Of a DNA stretch of 64,000 nucleotides, positions 36,821-47,150 are shown in pieces (the first letter of the stretch is position 1; every line of letters starts with the position of its first letter). This DNA comes from a virus. Its lineage: Duplodnaviria; Caudoviricetes. The translations under genes were made by a program, and so were the position numbers. The notes under the pieces are model-generated. The model did not search any database. It had not been told where the DNA came from and saw only the letters and a program-made list of their open reading frames with translations. The stretch lies in IMG/VR virus record IMGVR_UViG_3300011008_000049, positions 32,001-96,000 of that record, one strand, 5' to 3'.

Positions 36821-37927
36821 ATGGAAAGAGAACAAAATACAGAGTATATCTTATCGCTTTCATACGGCAAAGATAGTATTGCTTGTCTTGAAGCCATTAA
36901 ACAACTCGGTTATCCATTAGATAGGATTGTCCACGCAGAAGTATGGGCTACTGATACAATTCCGGCTGATTTACCGCCAATGGTAGAGTTTAAGTCTTAT
37001 GCAGATAAGATTATAAAAGAAAGATACGGAATTGAAGTAGAGCATATTTGCGCTGTTCGGGGGTAAGAAACTTACCTACTCCAAAGAATTCTACCGAGTT
37101 GGCTCAAAGGGAAGATTCGCAGGTTACATATACGGATTCCCTTGCACTGTCAAGCCGTGGTGTAATTCAAGACTCAAAGTTGATGCACTCACAAGAATTG
37201 GAAAAGGTAACATACGAGAAACTGTTTTATCACATTCCGAAGCGCAGGAAACCCGCAGGGGGAAGAAAACAATCCAGTTGGATTCCTCCGACACGGAGCA
37301 TATTGCAATGCAACATCAGCACTCAAAACAAATCCACTCGAACAACTCAATCCTCGGATTCCCAATTCCAAGAGGAACTTGGTGCAACAGCGACCTCAAA
37401 ATTGCTGCCCTACGGATTTCCAATCTCAATCGGCAGAGGGAATTGGTGTACTCAACTCAAACAGAGAGTTTTCAAAGAGCGCCATTGCACAAGGCGCGAA
37501 GAAAAATATTGTGCAGTATCTCGGCATAGCAGCCGATGAACCTGAAAGAATAAAAAGACATTCTGTTCCTGGAAAGATTTTGCCTCTTGTAGACATCGGA
37601 TGGGATGAAGCATATTGCAGAAAATGGTGTGAAGAAAATAATCTTCTTTCCCCTATTTATACCGATTCATTAAGAGGTGGATGTTGGTTTTGCCACAATC
37701 AAGGCGTTGACCAGTTAAGATTATTGAGAAAGAATTATCCGGATTTGTGGGAACTTTTGCTCAAATGGGATAGCGATTCCCCAACAACGTTCAAATCTGA
37801 TGGTCATACTGTTCATGATTATGAAAAACGGTTTAAGGCAGAAGATGATGGTTTGGTAAAACCAGGAGATAGAAAATTCAGATGGAAACAGGTTTTAGAA
37901 GAAGATGACATACAAGGAACGATATAG
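36821..37927 (+). pseudogene. PAPS-reductase/DndC-like protein, split at G-tracts with alternative-frame modules
   Basis: SYGKDS PP-loop; YLGIAADEPER, RGGCWFCH; G5 at 37059 and 37258. Confidence 0.8.
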
Positions 37928-38049
37928 TCAATGTAATACGATTGATGAATTGAAACAGATAGCAATAAAAGATACGGAAATGGCAATATTCCTTGGCGCA
38001 AATCCTGACAGAATAAGAGCCATTGAAAACGCTATGAACGAAAGAGCAG

Positions 38050-38544
38050 ATGAAATTGAAAAAAGCAACAGATAGAAAAGCAATAACAAAACTATTAGCA
38101 GAACAATTAGAAAAACATATAAATCCTCATAATGATACGAGAATTTATACTGCAAAAGAAGTGACTTTCGATTATTCGACAGACCATCCTATTAGGGTTG
38201 ATTATATGGTGTTTAAGCCGGTTAATAATTCTGTTGGCGGCATTGAAAAAGGCGTTTTCTACTGTTATGAAATTAAGTCCTGCAAAGAAGATTTGTTGTC
38301 TGGTCATGGTTTGAATTTCATCGGAGATTATAACTATCTTGTTTTCAATAAAGGTATGTTCAAAGAATTGAAATCCTATGTTCCGTATGATGTAGGAGTA
38401 TATGAATTAACAGAATACGGATTGGATTGTGTAAAGAAAGCAAGATTAAAAACAAGAGAAAGAAGCGTTACAGAGATGCTTCTTATGATGTTTAGAAGCT
38501 CAAATAGAGATTTAATAAAACAAAAATTTGGAGGTAACAAATGA
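38050..38544 (+). CDS. PD-(D/E)XK nuclease (MmcB-like)
   Basis: EV...RVD...YEIKS. Confidence 0.65.
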   Translation: MKLKKATDRKAITKLLAEQLEKHINPHNDTRIYTAKEVTFDYSTDHPIRVDYMVFKPVNNSVGGIEKGVFYCYEIKSCKEDLLSGHGLNFIGDYNYLVFNKGMFKELKSYVPYDVGVYELTEYGLDCVKKARLKTRERSVTEMLLMMFRSSNRDLIKQKFGGNK

Positions 38545-39732
38545 GATTAACAAATAACTGGATTAACGGCGATTGCTTAAAGGAATTGAAGAAATTGCCG
38601 GATGAAAGTGTCCATCTCATTATTACATCTCCACCCTATCACAATTTGAGAGTTTATAGCAACGACCCATCAGACTTATCAAATTGTGAGACATATGAAG
38701 AATATTATTACTTACTTGGTCTTGTAATTGCCGAGTGCCAAAGAGTGCTTGTGCCAGGGGGGTAAGTTTGTAATCCAGTATGAGGATTATAATTACACAT
38801 TGGGTAGAGATGGTAGAAATGGACAGGAGAGTTTAACAGGAGATATTAACAAAATCTTTTCTGATAATGGTTTTTCGCTTTGGACGAAAGCATTTTGGAG
38901 AAAGTATTCCGCACAAAGAGCAATGTTGGCGCAGGGAAACCTTTATTACAGAAATATGAAAGCAAGAGACACTATCCTTGCCGCAAATGTAGGATTTGTT
39001 TATGTCTACAAGAAAGCCGGTGAACTTGAAGTAATTAAGGCATCTGATATTACTCTTGCTGAATGGGCTGATTGGGCGGATGGTATGTGGAATATTCCGA
39101 ACTCTGGAATTGGTCATACTACACCATTTGCAGAAGAACTTGTTAAGCGTTGCATTAAACTTTGGTCTTGTCCTGGTGATACTGTTTTAGACCCATTCGC
39201 AGGAGCAGGTACAGTTAATAAGGTAGCAATCGAAAATCATAGAAATGCAGTTGGTATCGAACTCAATAAAGAGTTCTATGACCTTGCAAATGAAAAGAGA
39301 TTTTCCGCATGGACTGATGCCGATTTGGAATGTGATGATTCTATTGAACAAATGAAAGAACGTTTTGCGGAGCAGTTGGCAATCGGTAAAGAACAGTCGG
39401 AAGCTGCAAAGGCTGAAAAGCAAGGAAGAAAGCCGAAAGAGAGGCAAAGAAAAATAATGATGGATGATATTCTTACAAGAAGCATGGTTGAATCAAAAGA
39501 AGAATGGCGAAAATGGTGTACTGAAATACCTGATTTACATTTTGATAGTGATTGGAATGTAAAAATTATTCCGCCATTTGCTGGTGCGCTTATTAGATTC
39601 ATTGTTTCTAAAAATAATAAACGAGTTTCGGTATATTTTGATGGCTATTCAAAACTCGGTTTTATGTATGATAGTAACGATAAACCAATTCCTTATTTTT
39701 TAAATGATATAAGGAAGGTTTTGGATGATTGA
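38541..39732 (+). pseudogene. N4/N6 DNA methyltransferase frameshifted at G6 (38757-38762), with fused C-terminal domain
   Basis: TSPPY upstream, DPFAGAGT downstream; -1 G restores frame. Confidence 0.82.
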
Positions 39733-41215
39733 ATTAGCAGTACCGGTTGAACAAATACCATACATAAGAACAATTGAGGGTAGAAAATTTCACAATGGTA
39801 AGTGGCAGTTCCCGGACACAGCAATTCAGAAACTTATTCAAGTCGGTTTAATTCCTTCAGATACAAAACCAGAAGAAAAGAAGTTCGTTGATTATAATAT
39901 TTCACCGTTTTTGCGTGAGTATCAGAAGAAGATAGTTAATACAGCCTTAAATCACGGTTGCTATGGCATCTTCTCTGATACCGGCACTGGTAAGACGGTT
40001 ATGGGATTAGAAATAGCAGACCACTACAATAAAAGTCTTATTTTATGTCCGCTTTCCGTTATTGAAACCGCGTGGATTGATGATTGCCATAGATTCTATC
40101 CAAACAAAAAGATTATCAAGGTATGGAGCGATAGAGGCAAATTAGATAGACTGAAATTGCTGAATGAGCCAGCAGACATCTATGTAATGAATTATGAAAG
40201 TTACAAGATTGTGCGAAACGAAGTCAGACGTGCTGGATTTGATTGTGCAATTGTAGATGAAAGCAGCGTAATGAAGAATATGTCAAGTCAGATAACGCAG
40301 GTTATATTTGACCTTATCGGCTTTGTTCCTCATAGATTTGTTTTAAGCGGTTGCCCTACTCCGAACCATAATAGCGAAATCTTTCCGCAGATGAAATTCG
40401 TTGAACCTGATTTATTCGGCAATAACTATTACGGATTTCTCGCAAGGTATTTTCATCAGGATATGGCTAATCCTCATTATTGGTATCAGACCGATGAAGA
40501 TAAAGAAAGATACCATTCGAGATTGTCAGAAAAGTCGATTTTCTTGAAGAAAGAAGATTGTATTGACTTACCGGAAAAGGTATTTGAAGTTAGACGATTT
40601 GATATGGCTAAAAAGCAGAGGCAGTATTACGATGATATTGTTGATGATATAAAAGCCAATATCAATCAGTGGAGCAAGTTTGAGTTTACTGCAAAGTTGA
40701 TGAAACTTCGGGAAGTTGCAAGTGGGTTTGTTATCAACAAAGACGAGAGCATAACTACTTTTGACAATAATAAGGATAAATTACTTGAAGAAGTTTTATC
40801 TGAATTAGGGAATAAACAAATTATCGTTTGGTGTCAATTTCAGCATGAGATTGAATCTCTTGCTAAAAAGTTTAATGGTGTTGGATTGACTTCAAAAACA
40901 AAGAATAGAGATGATATTATCCGGGATTTCAAAAGTGGAAATATTAAACTTCTCTTTACACATCCGAAGTTGATAGGAAAAGGACTCACATTCACAGGTT
41001 GCACATATAACATCTATTATTCTTTAAGTTTTAGTTATGAGGAATTCAAACAAAGTCAAGACCGCATACACCGCATTGGTCAGAATAATAAATGTACTTA
41101 CATAATCCTTCAGGCAAAAGATTCAATTGAAGAAAAGATGTATGATTGTGTTCAAAGAAAAGGAAATACAGTTGATGAATTATATTTGGAGATGGGTAGA
41201 ATAAATGAGCAATAA
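39725..41215 (+). CDS. SNF2-family helicase
   Basis: GTGKT, DESS, SG.P, QSQDRIHRIGQ. Confidence 0.9.
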   Translation: MIELAVPVEQIPYIRTIEGRKFHNGKWQFPDTAIQKLIQVGLIPSDTKPEEKKFVDYNISPFLREYQKKIVNTALNHGCYGIFSDTGTGKTVMGLEIADHYNKSLILCPLSVIETAWIDDCHRFYPNKKIIKVWSDRGKLDRLKLLNEPADIYVMNYESYKIVRNEVRRAGFDCAIVDESSVMKNMSSQITQVIFDLIGFVPHRFVLSGCPTPNHNSEIFPQMKFVEPDLFGNNYYGFLARYFHQDMANPHYWYQTDEDKERYHSRLSEKSIFLKKEDCIDLPEKVFEVRRFDMAKKQRQYYDDIVDDIKANINQWSKFEFTAKLMKLREVASGFVINKDESITTFDNNKDKLLEEVLSELGNKQIIVWCQFQHEIESLAKKFNGVGLTSKTKNRDDIIRDFKSGNIKLLFTHPKLIGKGLTFTGCTYNIYYSLSFSYEEFKQSQDRIHRIGQNNKCTYIILQAKDSIEEKMYDCVQRKGNTVDELYLEMGRINEQ

Positions 41216-41465
41216 GAATGTAACAACTGCGGAATATAAGATAGATGATAATACTATTATTGTCGGAACATTTAAGAACGGTTCTCTTGCAAGAAGCGAA
41301 CTATATAATATTTTTAAGGCAATGAAAATCGCAGTTCCAAACAAACCGGTTATTTTTGTTCCAGATGAAATATCCGTTAAAACAATGACAATTGAAAACC
41401 TCATATCATTAAGAGATAACCTATCAAAAATTATTGATGATTATAATAAGGAACTTAACAAATGA
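41205..41465 (+). CDS. hypothetical protein
   Basis: ORF in operon. Confidence 0.45.
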   Translation: MSNKNVTTAEYKIDDNTIIVGTFKNGSLARSELYNIFKAMKIAVPNKPVIFVPDEISVKTMTIENLISLRDNLSKIIDDYNKELNK

Positions 41466-42019
41466 AAAATAGTTTTACTATTCTAATAGATATAGATGAT
41501 ACAATTGAGAATCTTTGCGAAGAATGGTGTAATTATCTTAATAAGAAATATGGTTGCAGCGTTCATTATCAAGAAGTGACGGAATGGGATATAAGCAAAT
41601 TCTTTCCGGAACTTACGAAAGAGCAGGTCTATGAGCCGTTGCATACGCCGGAAATCTGGTATCAACTGAAACCAAAAGATGAAGCCGTGAAATATGTTAA
41701 GCAGCTTATGGACGATGGACACAATGTTTATCTTTGCACCTCCACCGATTATCGAAATGTAAGACCGAAATTTGAGGGAGTTATTCAAAAATATTTCCCA
41801 TACATCAAATGGTCACAGGTGATTATTGCAAGTCACAAACAGATGATTAAAGCCGATTTTCTTGTTGATGATGGAGTACATAACCTTGAAAATGGTGATT
41901 ACATCAAAATTCTGATGACCGCTCCGCACAACAAAGATTACGATGCTGAAGGCAACGGAATGTATCGGGCGGATAATTGGGAGACTATTTACAAAATTAT
42001 TATAAATAAGACGGAATAA
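41462..42019 (+). CDS. 5'(3')-deoxyribonucleotidase (HAD, NT5C-like)
   Basis: DIDDT, K...D.LVDD. Confidence 0.85.
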   Translation: MKNSFTILIDIDDTIENLCEEWCNYLNKKYGCSVHYQEVTEWDISKFFPELTKEQVYEPLHTPEIWYQLKPKDEAVKYVKQLMDDGHNVYLCTSTDYRNVRPKFEGVIQKYFPYIKWSQVIIASHKQMIKADFLVDDGVHNLENGDYIKILMTAPHNKDYDAEGNGMYRADNWETIYKIIINKTE

Positions 42020-42023
42020 CCTC

Positions 42024-42052
42024 TTGACAGATTAAAAGAAATGTGGTATAAT
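42024..42052 (+). promoter_or_regulatory. sigma-A promoter
   Basis: TTGACA-17-TATAAT with TG. Confidence 0.8.
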
Positions 42053-42067
42053 GTAGGAGATAGTGAA

Positions 42068-42640
42068 ATGAGAATAAATATCTATGACACAGACAAACGA
42101 TATGATTTGATTTTGGCAGACCCGCCGTGGAAGCAAGCAAAAGGCGGAAAGAAGAATGTTAGACCGGTGAGCAGCGGAACGGAACTTGATTATCCGGTGT
42201 GTTCACTCGATGAAATTAAAGAACATTTGCGACAAGCTACAAGTCTTGCTTCGGGGGATAACACAATATTATTCTTATGGACTATCGACAAATACTTATT
42301 TGAAGCACAACAGATAGCAGAGGAATTAGGATATAAACTTCATGCCAGAATGATATGGAATAAGGTAACTGGTATTCCAGCAGCATTTACAGTAAGATAT
42401 GGTCATGAATATCTGCTCTATATGTATAAATGTAAATTGATTCCTGTGGCTATCGAAGAAAGAGGAAAGATACATACCGTGTTTACTGAAAAGGTTCAGA
42501 GGCATAGTCAGAAGCCAGAGATTTCATATGAGATTATCAATAGGTTATATCCAGACTTAAAGAAATTGGAACTCTATGCTCGGCAGGAACACGATGGATT
42601 TGATGTTTGGGGCAACGAAGTTCCAGTAATGGAGGATTAA
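42068..42640 (+). CDS. MT-A70 family adenine methyltransferase
   Basis: ADPPW, FLWT, HSQKP, ELYAR, WGNE. Confidence 0.9.
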   Translation: MRINIYDTDKRYDLILADPPWKQAKGGKKNVRPVSSGTELDYPVCSLDEIKEHLRQATSLASGDNTILFLWTIDKYLFEAQQIAEELGYKLHARMIWNKVTGIPAAFTVRYGHEYLLYMYKCKLIPVAIEERGKIHTVFTEKVQRHSQKPEISYEIINRLYPDLKKLELYARQEHDGFDVWGNEVPVMED

Positions 42641-42833
42641 AATGTTTTGCAAACACTGTAATTCATTGATGAAACGTGTATTAAGATTTGAGAACGGCAA
42701 ATCATATCGTCTATATAAGTGTCCTAAATGTTATATGGAAACAAAACCGATTCCATATTTTTTTAAGGATGAACAAATAAGACGGAATAACAGCAAAACT
42801 GCAAATAAACCAACAAAGAAAAGAGGTAAGTAA

Positions 42834-44153
42834 ATGTATTGCGCATATGTCACTACGATTAAAGAACTACGAAAGCATAGCAACGCTGATAGACTTCTTT
42901 GCGCAACGATTTTCGGCAATAACGTTATTGTCGATTTGAGTTATAAGGAAGGTCAGAAAGTTGTGTATTTCCCTGTTGACGGTCAACTCGGAGAAGAATT
43001 CGCAAAAGAAAATAATCTTGTCAGAGTCAAGGATGAGAACGGAAATAATACTGGTGGTTATCTTGACCCGGATAAGAGAAATATCAAAGCATTGAAGTTA
43101 AGAGGTGAACAGTCCGATGGGCTTGTACTCCCTATCGAAGTTTTGAGTAAATACACCGACATTGAGAAACTTACTGATGGAGAGCAAATTACTGTTCTTA
43201 ACGGATATGAGATTTGTAAAAAGTATATTCCGAAGTGCAACAGAAGCAGAAGAACTTCTACCAATGTCAGCAAAACGAGAAAGAATCACAAAGAATCCAA
43301 TCAGAAAGTTACATATCCTTTCTTTGTTGAACACATTGATACTGCGCAGCTTGCATACAACGAAAAGGCATTTAAGCCCGGAGACACTTGCTACATCACT
43401 CTAAAAATGCACGGTACTTCCGCAAGAACGATGAATGCCGTTGAGGTCACTACGAAGAAGCCAAACAGAGTATTGAAAAAGGTTTTCAAATTGAAAGACA
43501 AAACCACCAGACAATACAAGTTTGTTAGTGGTACTCGCCGGACTACATTGAGAGATTTCGGAGATGGTGGATGGTACGGCAGTAACGCCTTCAGAGAGAA
43601 GTATCATAATTTCTTCAAAGAGAGACTTCCAAAGGGCGCAGAAATCTTTTATGAGATTGTCGGTTGGGTTAGCGAAAATACAACCATCATGGGAAGATGC
43701 TCTAATAAGCTCGTCAAAGATAAAGAATTCTCCAAGCAATATGGTGACGAAACGATTTTCTCCTACGGTTGCGAACCTGGACAGAATGATTGTTATGTCT
43801 ATCGCATGACCTTGACAAATGAAGATGGCTTTGCCGTAGAAATTCCGTGGGAGCAGGTTCAGATTGAATGTGAGAAAATGGGCGTTAAGTGTGTTCCTAC
43901 TTTTGAAAAGTTTACATATACGACATGGGATGACCTGCTTGCACGTGTTGAAAAGTATTATGACGGTATTGACCCTATCGGCAAGAACCATATTCGAGAG
44001 GGGGTAGTTGTCCGTATTGACAACAGACCATCATTTACTGCATACAAGCATAAGAACTTTTATTTCAAGTGCCTTGAAGGGATTATTAAAGATACTTCTG
44101 ATGCTCCTGATATGGAAGAAGCAGAAGAATTGATTATCGAAGAAGCAAATTAA
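42834..44153 (+). CDS. ATP-dependent RNA ligase with N-terminal OB-like domain (DRB0094/Rnl2-like)
   Basis: HSNADRL, KLRGEQSDG, motif I KMHGTS, EIVG, REGVV, K.KN. Confidence 0.85.
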   Translation: MYCAYVTTIKELRKHSNADRLLCATIFGNNVIVDLSYKEGQKVVYFPVDGQLGEEFAKENNLVRVKDENGNNTGGYLDPDKRNIKALKLRGEQSDGLVLPIEVLSKYTDIEKLTDGEQITVLNGYEICKKYIPKCNRSRRTSTNVSKTRKNHKESNQKVTYPFFVEHIDTAQLAYNEKAFKPGDTCYITLKMHGTSARTMNAVEVTTKKPNRVLKKVFKLKDKTTRQYKFVSGTRRTTLRDFGDGGWYGSNAFREKYHNFFKERLPKGAEIFYEIVGWVSENTTIMGRCSNKLVKDKEFSKQYGDETIFSYGCEPGQNDCYVYRMTLTNEDGFAVEIPWEQVQIECEKMGVKCVPTFEKFTYTTWDDLLARVEKYYDGIDPIGKNHIREGVVVRIDNRPSFTAYKHKNFYFKCLEGIIKDTSDAPDMEEAEELIIEEAN

Positions 44154-44168
44154 AGGAGAAATTATTCT

Positions 44169-44501
44169 ATGGCTATGACAGAAGAACAGAACACTAAATT
44201 AGAGGAACTTTTCAAAGAGAAGTTACAAGAACAGTATAATCGCGGAATCCGAGTTGGTATTCTCACGGTTAGTAAAATCGTTTCCGACAAACTGAATGAC
44301 AGTTCTATTCCGTTTGCAAAGCGAATTGATGAAGTTAAGCGTTTTTGTAAGATTGCACCTGGTATTGAGCAAAAGTTCAATGAGATTGCTGCGAAGTCAG
44401 ATGAAACCGCAGAAGTTCCGGCAGAAACCGTTGAACAGACTGATGATAGCGAAAATGCTGTAACACCAGAATCAGAACCCTCTGAACCTACCAATGATTG
44501 A
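44169..44501 (+). CDS. hypothetical protein
   Basis: RBS AAGGAG. Confidence 0.55.
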   Translation: MAMTEEQNTKLEELFKEKLQEQYNRGIRVGILTVSKIVSDKLNDSSIPFAKRIDEVKRFCKIAPGIEQKFNEIAAKSDETAEVPAETVEQTDDSENAVTPESEPSEPTND

Positions 44502-44566
44502 GGACTTTGTGAGACATAAATGACAATAAAAGAGCAATTTTATTTGCGGAAGTGAGGTGATAATAT

Positions 44567-45586
44567 ATGGATTACTATTCCACGACAATTAAAGGACATC
44601 CTTTATATGCAAGGAAGCATATTGATATGCCATTGTTAATTATGATGTGCGGATTGCCCGGAAGTGGTAAAAGTAGATATGCAGATAGTATCTATGTTGC
44701 TACTCCGCTTGTTGTAAAACCAATAATTCATTCTTCCGATAAATTGAGAGAAGAAATGTTTGGAAACGAAGCTACACAAGGAGATAACAACAAACTATTT
44801 TGCGAGTTACATAGAAGAATTAAAAACGATTTGCTTGATGGCAAGGATGTTATATATGATGCAACCAATATTAAGAAAAAGGAACGTGTTCAGTTTTTAT
44901 CCGAACTCCGCAATATTCGTTGCTTCCCGATTTGTGTTGTAATCGCTACCGAATATGAGGCTTGTTTATACAACAACAGAAATAGAGAAAGAGTCGTTCC
45001 GGCAGATGTAATTAAAAGAATGCAATGTAATTGGACACCACCACATTATAATGAGGGATTTGAATACATTCATTACATTTTCTCTTACATAAATGAAAGC
45101 AACGAAATCGTAACAGAACCAAAAGACAAGTATATCCTCGGTAAATTCTTTGAGATTGCAAACGATTTTGACCAGGAAAACGAACATCATGAATTGAGTC
45201 TTGGAGAGCATTGCGCGAAAGCCGGAACATACATTCAAGAGCATAGACCAAACAACTATAATCTTCTGTATGCTGCAATGCTCCATGATAATGGTAAGTT
45301 ATATACCAAAACAAGAACAAATGCCAAAGGTGAAATAGATGGTAATTGTCATTATTATCAACATCATTGTGTTGGAGCATATAACAGTATGTTCTATATG
45401 CACCGTGCCGGACATTTCACGAATGAAGATATGGTTTACATCTCAAATCTGATTTATTATCATATGCACCCATATAATCAGTGGAAACAATCAGAAAAAT
45501 CGTTGAAGCGAGATAAAGGACTTATCGGAGAAAAACTTTATAATGACATTATGGTGCTTCATCAGGCAGATTTAGAAGCACATTAA
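44567..45586 (+). CDS. polynucleotide kinase (AAA_33) fused to HD phosphohydrolase
   Basis: GLPGSGKS, DATN, HDNGK, HM. Confidence 0.88.
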   Translation: MDYYSTTIKGHPLYARKHIDMPLLIMMCGLPGSGKSRYADSIYVATPLVVKPIIHSSDKLREEMFGNEATQGDNNKLFCELHRRIKNDLLDGKDVIYDATNIKKKERVQFLSELRNIRCFPICVVIATEYEACLYNNRNRERVVPADVIKRMQCNWTPPHYNEGFEYIHYIFSYINESNEIVTEPKDKYILGKFFEIANDFDQENEHHELSLGEHCAKAGTYIQEHRPNNYNLLYAAMLHDNGKLYTKTRTNAKGEIDGNCHYYQHHCVGAYNSMFYMHRAGHFTNEDMVYISNLIYYHMHPYNQWKQSEKSLKRDKGLIGEKLYNDIMVLHQADLEAH

Positions 45587-45601
45587 ATTGGAGTTGGTTA
45601 T

Positions 45602-45925
45602 ATGAGAAAACCTTGCAATAGTTGTGTAAAAGCTAATACATATAAATATCCAAGTGGTAAGGTAAGATACTATTGTGGAAGTACATCTTATCGTTATTGC
45701 GATAAGTACCAAATGTATGATGAATTTTTGGAGAGCAAACGCCAATACATAAGAGGAAAACAGATAAAAAGCGTTCAAGAATACTTAAAACTAAAAGAAA
45801 GTGGTCAAACACTATTTTATTGGCGTGATTGTATTCGTCATATTGGATGGCTTGAAAGTTTGCAGTTTAGGGTTTTTGTTGACAGCATTCAGCAAGGTCA
45901 TATTTATAATGCCATTAAAAAGTAA
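45602..45925 (+). CDS. hypothetical protein
   Basis: RBS GGAG. Confidence 0.5.
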   Translation: MRKPCNSCVKANTYKYPSGKVRYYCGSTSYRYCDKYQMYDEFLESKRQYIRGKQIKSVQEYLKLKESGQTLFYWRDCIRHIGWLESLQFRVFVDSIQQGHIYNAIKK

Positions 45926-46063
45926 AAATACAATTACACTCTTTGAGTGATGATATAGATACCTTTATTTGAAAGGTCGGTGGTTCAATTGATTGTATCT
46001 AACTAAATAAGCAGGAATAACACTATAATTATTTAATATCAAAATAAGGAGAAACATATAGAA

Positions 46064-46693
46064 ATGCCAGACAAAAGTATTTTTGAAACACTCAACAATG
46101 TTGATGTGAGTAACAAGGTAAAAGAAAAGGGCGGTTTGACATATCTTTCATGGTCATCTGCTTGGGCGGAAGTTAAAAAGAAATACCCGGAGGCTACATA
46201 TAAGATTATTCCCCAAACAGATGAAAGTGGAAACACAAGATTTTGGCATGACGATGGAAAGACAGGTTGGGTTGAAGTGTGTGTAACTATCGAAGATATT
46301 TCACATACCGAAGTTCTTGCAATTATGGACTTTAAGAACAAGTCTATTCCAGCAGAAAACATTACTTCTGTTGATGCGAACAAGTCATTGAAGCGTTGCT
46401 TGGTTAAAGCTCTTGCTATGCACGGTCTTGGTCTTTATATCTATGAGGGCGAAGATTTGCCGGAAGAAGCATCGAAACTGCTTGATTTACAGAATGAAGT
46501 TGCCGAACTTGCCAAGAAGAAATCATCTCTTTCGGATAAAGCGAAAGATGAATCAATCACCTGCTGCAAGGAAGCCGAAAAGGAAGCAAATCCTGATGTA
46601 GATGATGAGTTAATTACAGGCAAGATTGCAAACATCAATGATGTAACCATTCTTGAAAATTTGAAAAAGAGACTGTTAAAGGTCAGAAAGTAA
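46064..46693 (+). CDS. Sak3/DUF1071 single-strand annealing protein
   Basis: LTYLSWSSAW, RCLVKALAMHGLGLYIYEGED. Confidence 0.88.
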   Translation: MPDKSIFETLNNVDVSNKVKEKGGLTYLSWSSAWAEVKKKYPEATYKIIPQTDESGNTRFWHDDGKTGWVEVCVTIEDISHTEVLAIMDFKNKSIPAENITSVDANKSLKRCLVKALAMHGLGLYIYEGEDLPEEASKLLDLQNEVAELAKKKSSLSDKAKDESITCCKEAEKEANPDVDDELITGKIANINDVTILENLKKRLLKVRK

Positions 46694-46703
46694 AGGTGAA
46701 AAT

Positions 46704-47150
46704 ATGGGATTTAGACAGGCTGATAGCGAAGGACGTGGCGGATTCGCCCGAATCTGGTCTATCGAGGACAAAGGGAATTACTCTGTCGCAAAGATTAGTA
46801 CCAGCAAGAAGCGCAAGGATGATGATGGATATGAAACTGACTTTCAGGATGGATTTGTCCGCCTGATTGGTTCTGCTCACACCAAAGCAAAGGAACTTAA
46901 TGTTACCGACAAAGGTGTAGCAATCCAGATTACTTCTTGCGAGGTAACTACTCCGTATAATGCGGAAACCAAAAAGGGATATACAAATTATGCAATCTTC
47001 GCATTTAACATCCCCGATAGCAATGGAACTACCAGTAATGCTTCCGCTGGTTCAAAGAAAGCCACGAAGTCAGCTTCAAAATCCAAGGCAAAGGCGAAGG
47101 CTGCTCCTGAAACCGATGTTGAGGATTCTGACGATGACCTTCCATTTTAA
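46704..47150 (+). CDS. single-stranded DNA-binding protein
   Basis: acidic tail DDDLPF, next to SSAP. Confidence 0.8.
   Translation: MGFRQADSEGRGGFARIWSIEDKGNYSVAKISTSKKRKDDDGYETDFQDGFVRLIGSAHTKAKELNVTDKGVAIQITSCEVTTPYNAETKKGYTNYAIFAFNIPDSNGTTSNASAGSKKATKSASKSKAKAKAAPETDVEDSDDDLPF

Noticed and set aside
43401-43991. Long antisense ORFs (also 6922-7590)
   Set aside because: Antisense shadows of well-supported genes with no motifs or RBS
45958-45999. tRNA-like fragment acctt...aaggtcggtggttcaa
   Set aside because: No complete T stem, acceptor stem or scaffold; too weak
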